Shown here piece by piece: positions 37,397 through 41,295 of a stretch of DNA of 41,295 bases. The position numbers and the translations under genes are program-made. Source of the DNA: Pseudomonadota bacterium (lineage in GTDB: Bacteria > Bdellovibrionota > Bdellovibrionia > Bdellovibrionales > SG-bin7). A model generated the notes under the pieces. It made no database searches. It was not told where the DNA came from and saw only the letters and a list, made by a program, of their open reading frames with translations. Numbering within the stretch: position 1 is the first letter of the stretch; the number at the start of each line of letters is the position of its first letter. The DNA lies in contig JAWXAY010000049.1 of NCBI GenBank assembly GCA_034439715.1, positions 1 to 41,295 of the forward strand. Reading direction: 5' to 3'.

Positions 37397-38257
37397 TTAG
37401 GGGAGCCCGAGCTTGGCTCTGGTTTCTTTGACGCTTGCGACTTCTTTGCCAGACTTTTTTACGATTTTAGCGAGCGCTTCAACTAGCGCTCCGTTAGATC
37501 TAGTTTTTTTGCCGTCCGGCAAATAAAAGGTGTCTTCTAGGCCGGTTCGTACATCTCCACCCAATTGCGCCGCTTTTTCCAGTACCGGCCACACTTCGTC
37601 ACGCCCAATCACAATAACTTGCCAGTGAGCTCCGGGAGTTAACTCCCCGATCAATAGTGGAAGCCACTTGGGATCTGCCGGCATGCCGCTAGCTACCCCC
37701 ATCACAAAAGATACCATTGCGGGTTTTTTTAAAAGACCCTTTTTTTCGAACATAGGAATACTTCTCACGATCCCTGTATCAAAACATTCACACTCTGGCA
37801 GGATATTGTAATCATGCATGACTTTCAAAAACTGCTCGATTTTTTCAACCGGATTATCAAATAAAAAAGGTGGCCAAGCCCAATTGCCGTCGTTTTTAAT
37901 TTTTAAATAGTTAAGTGAACCTGCATTCAAAGCAGCCATCTCGGGCTTTACTAACTTCAAACAACTAATCGCCCCCGAAATATCGGGACCGACCGTGCCC
38001 GTCGACATATTAATAATTATTTTTGGCACTTTTACCTTAATCGCATCACATATATCTTTTACTACTTTTGGATCCCAGGTCGCCAGATGCCCCTTGCCGC
38101 CCTCTTGATTGCGAAAATGGCAGTGCACTATGCTCGCTCCGGAATTGTAGGCCTCAAGAGCCGCGTTCGCCATTTCTTCGGGAGTAACCGGCACGCCGGT
38201 TTCTTTAGGGTCCGTCAACACTCCCGTTAATGCGCAGGTAATCGAAATCTTATTCAC
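37397..38257 (-). CDS. Beta-keto acid cleavage enzyme (BKACE/Kce family)
   Basis: ITCALTG, PVTPEE, HCHFR, NMSTG, RTGLED. Confidence 0.9.
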   Translation of the reverse strand: MNKISITCALTGVLTDPKETGVPVTPEEMANAALEAYNSGASIVHCHFRNQEGGKGHLATWDPKVVKDICDAIKVKVPKIIINMSTGTVGPDISGAISCLKLVKPEMAALNAGSLNYLKIKNDGNWAWPPFLFDNPVEKIEQFLKVMHDYNILPECECFDTGIVRSIPMFEKKGLLKKPAMVSFVMGVASGMPADPKWLPLLIGELTPGAHWQVIVIGRDEVWPVLEKAAQLGGDVRTGLEDTFYLPDGKKTRSNGALVEALAKIVKKSGKEVASVKETRAKLGLP

Positions 38258-39393
38258 AGGCCTTCCATTTTAATGATGATCTCTTTCATGATTTCATTGG
38301 AACCGCCACCAATACCCGCCAGCTTTGAATCACGAAAGTATCTCGCGACTTCGTACTCGCTCATGAGTCCGTACCCACCGTGTAGTTGCGTGCATTCTTC
38401 TGTCACACGCTGCTGAGCTTGAGCGGCGAGCAACTTTAGCATCGATACTTCTTTAGAAAAATCTTTTTTTGCATTCGCAAATTCAACGCAGCTATGAGTG
38501 AAGCTCTCGATCATTTTTATTTCTGCGGCTATTTGTGCAAGCTTATGTTTCGTCACTTGTAACTCGTTCAAGTTCTTGCCAAAAACGGTTCTGGATTTTA
38601 CATATTCTTTGGTTAATTGATAACAGCGTTTCATGACCCCTAACATTTGTACGCTGGCCGCAAGTCTTTCATACTGAAATTGCTGCATTTGATAAATGAA
38701 CCCGCTATTTTCTTCGCCAACGAGATTTTCCTTAGGAATTTTAACATTATCAAAAATAATTTCGGCAGTGTCAGATGATAGGTGACAGATTTTTTTTAAT
38801 ACCCTACTGCGCTTAACTCCCGAAAGATTTGCCGGAACTATAAACAAAGAAAAACATTTGTGGCCCGCCTCTTCTTTCGTACGAACAAGAGTCGTATAAA
38901 AATCAGCTTGGGTGCCATTGGTGATAAACATTTTGGTGCCATTCAATATATAGTGGTCACCCTTTTTTTCGGCGCGGGTATTTAATCCCGCCACATCTGA
39001 GCCACAATTGGGTTCCGTCACTGCAATGGCCCCAATCATTTTTCCGGCAATTGCAGGTCTCAGAAATTTTTCTTTTAGCGCCTCTGAGCCATGTTCGTTC
39101 AGCGCGGGCGTTGCCATGTCGGTTTGCACCGCTAGACCCAACGCCACGCCCAGTGAACCACACTGCGCCATTTCCTCAGTGAATATCATAGAAAATGTAT
39201 ATTCGGCCTCTGCGCCACCATACTTAGAACTGAACGGCAGACCCAAGAACCCCAGTTCACCACAACGCGACCACACATTTCTCGGCGTGAAACCTTGGTC
39301 CTCCCAGTGCTCGACGTTAGGCCGGACTTCTCTATTAATAAAATCTCGCACGGACTTACGAAAGAGTTCATTTTCTTCACTAAATTGAATCAC
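38254..39393 (-). CDS. Acyl-CoA dehydrogenase
   Basis: AVTEPNCGSD, NGTKMFITNG, R.VFG, QLHGGYG, IGGGSNEIM. Confidence 0.95.
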   Translation of the reverse strand: MIQFSEENELFRKSVRDFINREVRPNVEHWEDQGFTPRNVWSRCGELGFLGLPFSSKYGGAEAEYTFSMIFTEEMAQCGSLGVALGLAVQTDMATPALNEHGSEALKEKFLRPAIAGKMIGAIAVTEPNCGSDVAGLNTRAEKKGDHYILNGTKMFITNGTQADFYTTLVRTKEEAGHKCFSLFIVPANLSGVKRSRVLKKICHLSSDTAEIIFDNVKIPKENLVGEENSGFIYQMQQFQYERLAASVQMLGVMKRCYQLTKEYVKSRTVFGKNLNELQVTKHKLAQIAAEIKMIESFTHSCVEFANAKKDFSKEVSMLKLLAAQAQQRVTEECTQLHGGYGLMSEYEVARYFRDSKLAGIGGGSNEIMKEIIIKMEGL

Positions 39394-39515
39394 TCAGCAC
39401 CACCCGCTAGCCCTTGGTTTATAGATAGTCCACATTTAGTAATACGTATTAACAATTAGAGCATCCTTACCGATAATATAGATGTAATGGTACACCAATA
39501 AAAAGAGGTTACTAA

Positions 39516-39941
39516 ATGTTTTCTGCAAACATCAAAGTCTTAGTCGTGGATGACATGGAAACTATGCGCGCCATGCTAAACAATTACCTCACTGATATGG
39601 GATTCAAAAAAATCGTTATGGCAAACGATGGCGTTAATGCTATCGAAAACTTAAAGACTGCAGACAAAACCGGCAACCCCTTTCAACTAATTATTTGCGA
39701 TTGGGACATGCCCAATATGAATGGAATCGAGTTTTTGAAGATATGTCAGGGCGATGAAAAGTTTAAAAATATTCCAGTGATATTTGTGACCGTTGAGGGC
39801 AACCAAAAAAATATTTTAGAAGCTATCACTCACGGGGTTGCGGACTATATTGTAAAACCCTACACGCAGTCATTGCTTCAATCAAAACTTCAGCGTGTTT
39901 TGAATCGAATTCAAGGCTCCGCCACTAAACAAACGGGCTGA
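39516..39941 (+). CDS. Single-domain response regulator (CheY-like)
   Basis: VLVVDD, CDWDMPNMNG, T, KP. Confidence 0.92.
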   Translation: MFSANIKVLVVDDMETMRAMLNNYLTDMGFKKIVMANDGVNAIENLKTADKTGNPFQLIICDWDMPNMNGIEFLKICQGDEKFKNIPVIFVTVEGNQKNILEAITHGVADYIVKPYTQSLLQSKLQRVLNRIQGSATKQTG

Positions 39942-39945
39942 TAGC

Positions 39946-40578
39946 TTAACCTTTAACAAATGGGTTATGTCGCTTTTCTTGGCCAATAAGTGTCTCAGAC
40001 CCATGCCCACAAAGTACGATTGTCTCGTCAGCCAGAGTATAAAGTCTGTTTTTAATTGATTTACTTATTTTGCCCGAATCGCCGCCCCAGAGATCTGTTC
40101 GGCCTATTGATTTTTTAAAAAGTGTGTCGCCAGAAAACAAAATCGATTCATCCGACTCAACATGGAAACAACAAGAGCCCGGCGTATGACCCGGAGTAAA
40201 AATAGTTTTTATTTTTTGGTCGCCAAATTTTATTTCCATTTCATCTAAAAGATATTTGTCTACACCTGGAGGTTCCTCGACCTTAAAACCAAACATATCG
40301 GCCTGCATTTTTAGATTTGTCCACAGATAGAGGTCTTCTTTATGGAGATAGGTTGTTGCCAAAGTATCCAGCTTAATCTGTTTTGTGGCCATCATATGAT
40401 CAAGATGCGCGTGAGTATGCAGGAGCCCTAACACTTTTAGCCCCTTGGCGTGAACCAAAGATAAAATTTCATTCGGCTCGTCGCCTGGGTCAATTATGAT
40501 GGCCTCATTAGTTTTTTCATCAGACAAAATAAAGCAATTACATTCAAAAGAGCCGACAACCAATGAGTCAATTTTCAT
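39946..40578 (-). CDS. Metallo-beta-lactamase fold hydrolase (glyoxalase II-like)
   Basis: THAHLDH, TPGHTPG, SGDTLF, GHG. Confidence 0.93.
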   Translation of the reverse strand: MKIDSLVVGSFECNCFILSDEKTNEAIIIDPGDEPNEILSLVHAKGLKVLGLLHTHAHLDHMMATKQIKLDTLATTYLHKEDLYLWTNLKMQADMFGFKVEEPPGVDKYLLDEMEIKFGDQKIKTIFTPGHTPGSCCFHVESDESILFSGDTLFKKSIGRTDLWGGDSGKISKSIKNRLYTLADETIVLCGHGSETLIGQEKRHNPFVKG

Positions 40579-40807
40579 CAGACAGCTCTGATATTGGCTC
40601 TGGTTTTGGCTTTAATTGGCCGATTTGTTGATAAAGGTCAGTAAAGCCCAAATTGCCGTCAAAATATTCTTTAACAAGGGCATCGCCTCCCTCCACACGT
40701 TTAGCTGCACTAATGAGCCTTAGTTCCATCCAGCGGTGGACCCCAAAGATAAAGGCTATTACAGCTACAAAAAATGTAATCCAAATCCGTTTGACTCTTG
40801 TTTCCAT
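40568..40807 (-). CDS. Small single-TM hypothetical protein
   Basis: GAGG SD, N-terminal hydrophobic helix, overlaps MBL start. Confidence 0.6.
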   Translation of the reverse strand: METRVKRIWITFFVAVIAFIFGVHRWMELRLISAAKRVEGGDALVKEYFDGNLGFTDLYQQIGQLKPKPEPISELSDEN

Positions 40808-41048
40808 GGGAACCTCTTCGTAGTATTTTAAAAATCTTTTGGGATATTTGCAACTTGGGCCCCTCGACCATCATGAAAAAGTTCAATAATAGCTATAATA
40901 ATGACCATTCTCCGGTGCTGCAGATAGATTTTGAATTTTCTTTTTGACCCATACCACCCATGTTAGTGTATTAGTACGTTTAACTTTTAACTGAGCCTTT
41001 CGGGTTTGCCCGGGTTTAATTAAAGGTCATGTATTTTTGGAGGCCAAT

Positions 41049-41295
41049 ATGGCAAAAAAGCTTTATGTAGGAAATCTATCTTTCAACACCACTGATGAGA
41101 CTTTACAGGCTAAGTTTGGTGAGTGTGGCGCAGTTGAGTCTGCGAAAATTATAACTGACAGAGCTACTGGTCGAAGCAAAGGCTTTGGCTTTGTGGAGAT
41201 GTCTAGCGACGACGAAGCTAACGATGCTATCAGTAAAATGAATGGCACCGATTTCGACGGTCGTAAGATTGTTGTTAGCGAAGCTAAACCACAAG
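41049..41295 (+). CDS. RRM RNA-binding protein (3'-truncated by window; not in ORF track)
   Basis: Hand translation MAKKLYVGNLSF (RNP2)...DRATGRSKGFGFVEM (RNP1); GGAGG SD. Confidence 0.95.
   Translation, partial: MAKKLYVGNLSFNTTDETLQAKFGECGAVESAKIITDRATGRSKGFGFVEMSSDDEANDAISKMNGTDFDGRKIVVSEAKPQ

Noticed and set aside
41063..41294. Two minus-strand ORFs at the window end
   Set aside because: Antisense to the plus-strand RRM gene with RNP1/RNP2 motifs.

Overview
The window has two parts. Bases 1 to ~7300 are the right-hand end of an integrated element sitting at the 3' end of a tRNA-Asn(GTT) gene. Its leftward, tightly coupled operon encodes a wHTH-like protein, an AAA+ ATPase, a small protein, a degenerate ParB-like protein and a family A DNA polymerase. 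The polymerase is missing from the ORF track; I translated it by hand and it runs off the window edge. The rightward module is a CxxC zinc-ribbon protein plus a large serine recombinase whose stop codon lies in the tRNA anticodon loop. Between the two modules is a gene for a probable tandem ribbon-helix-helix protein, bracketed by a perfect 17-bp inverted repeat (4291-4307 / 5383-5399). Each repeat copy is followed outward by a TAGTAY -10-like box. This could be a shared activator box or an invertible switch between replication and integration, and it is the best candidate for an undescribed system. The remainder (~7330-41295) looks like ordinary chromosome, probably of a Bdellovibrionota-like bacterium (inferred from gene content). 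It carries tRNA-Arg, gmhA, tRNA-Ser, a sigma54-preceded Ig-repeat surface protein, msrA, ndk-rRNA methyltransferase-tgl-rodZ, pckA, FAH/maiA, a caa3-type (A2) cytochrome oxidase operon, secA, trmL, glnB-glnA and others. All calls come from reading motifs by eye; no searches were run.
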